From contig CM059431.1 of NCBI GenBank assembly GCA_030390025.1, positions 98,086,001 to 98,150,000 of the forward strand: a DNA stretch of 64,000 bases. Direction: 5' to 3'. The stretch is from Squalus acanthias (lineage: Eukaryota). The notes under the pieces are model-generated. The model made no database searches. It saw only the letters and a program-made list of their open reading frames with translations, and was not told the origin of the DNA. A program made the translations under genes and the position numbers. Below, in pieces: positions 63,798 through 64,000 of this stretch; the stretch's first letter is position 1, and the number at the start of each line of letters is the position of its first letter.

Positions 63798-64000
63798 CGA
63801 AGTTCTTCCTTCTCCTTGTTGTCCCATGTCTTTTCATTCTACTTCAGACTGCTTGTGCCCAGTTGACCATTGTAATTAGGAAAAGCATGGCTCTGTGCCT
63901 CTGTCCCTTAAGTAACGTTCCACAGCTGTGTACCCGTGTTACTCCTCTTCACTGCCCCCCAACCCCCACCCACACCACCACCCTGAGAAAAATGAAGGCA

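Noticed and set aside
61845..63866. 673-aa R/E/G-rich ORF with PQGE motifs, superficially collagen-like
   Set aside because: Translation of a stop-free minisatellite that drifts among frames; no sustained Gly-X-Y; opposite strand to the collagen exon.

Overview
Repeat-rich vertebrate genomic DNA. The repeat complement (tRNA/Deu-domain SINEs, CR1 and L2 LINE 3' ends, GC-rich MITEs) suggests a cartilaginous fish. The only host coding sequence I can support is missed by the ORF track: an 81-bp minus-strand exon (59321-59401, [27 protein letters not shown]) from the N-terminal 7S region of an alpha2-class type IV collagen, best matching COL4A6. No Gly-X-Y exon is visible in the rest of the window, so it is probably all intron of that gene. 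About 200 bp past the exon's donor lies a ~34.9-kb satellite of 19-bp monomers (CACAGTG + 12 nt) with kb-scale higher-order duplications. The remainder shows repeated birth of minisatellites inside retroposons (33, 35, 37 and 18 bp units), a 2.73-kb tandem duplication with breakpoints in SINE-internal minisatellites, nested insertions with target-site duplications (TSDs), and a MITE carrying a consensus CTCF motif. Long ORFs in the track are repeat artefacts or LINE fragments. Family names come from recalled consensus sequences, not database searches.
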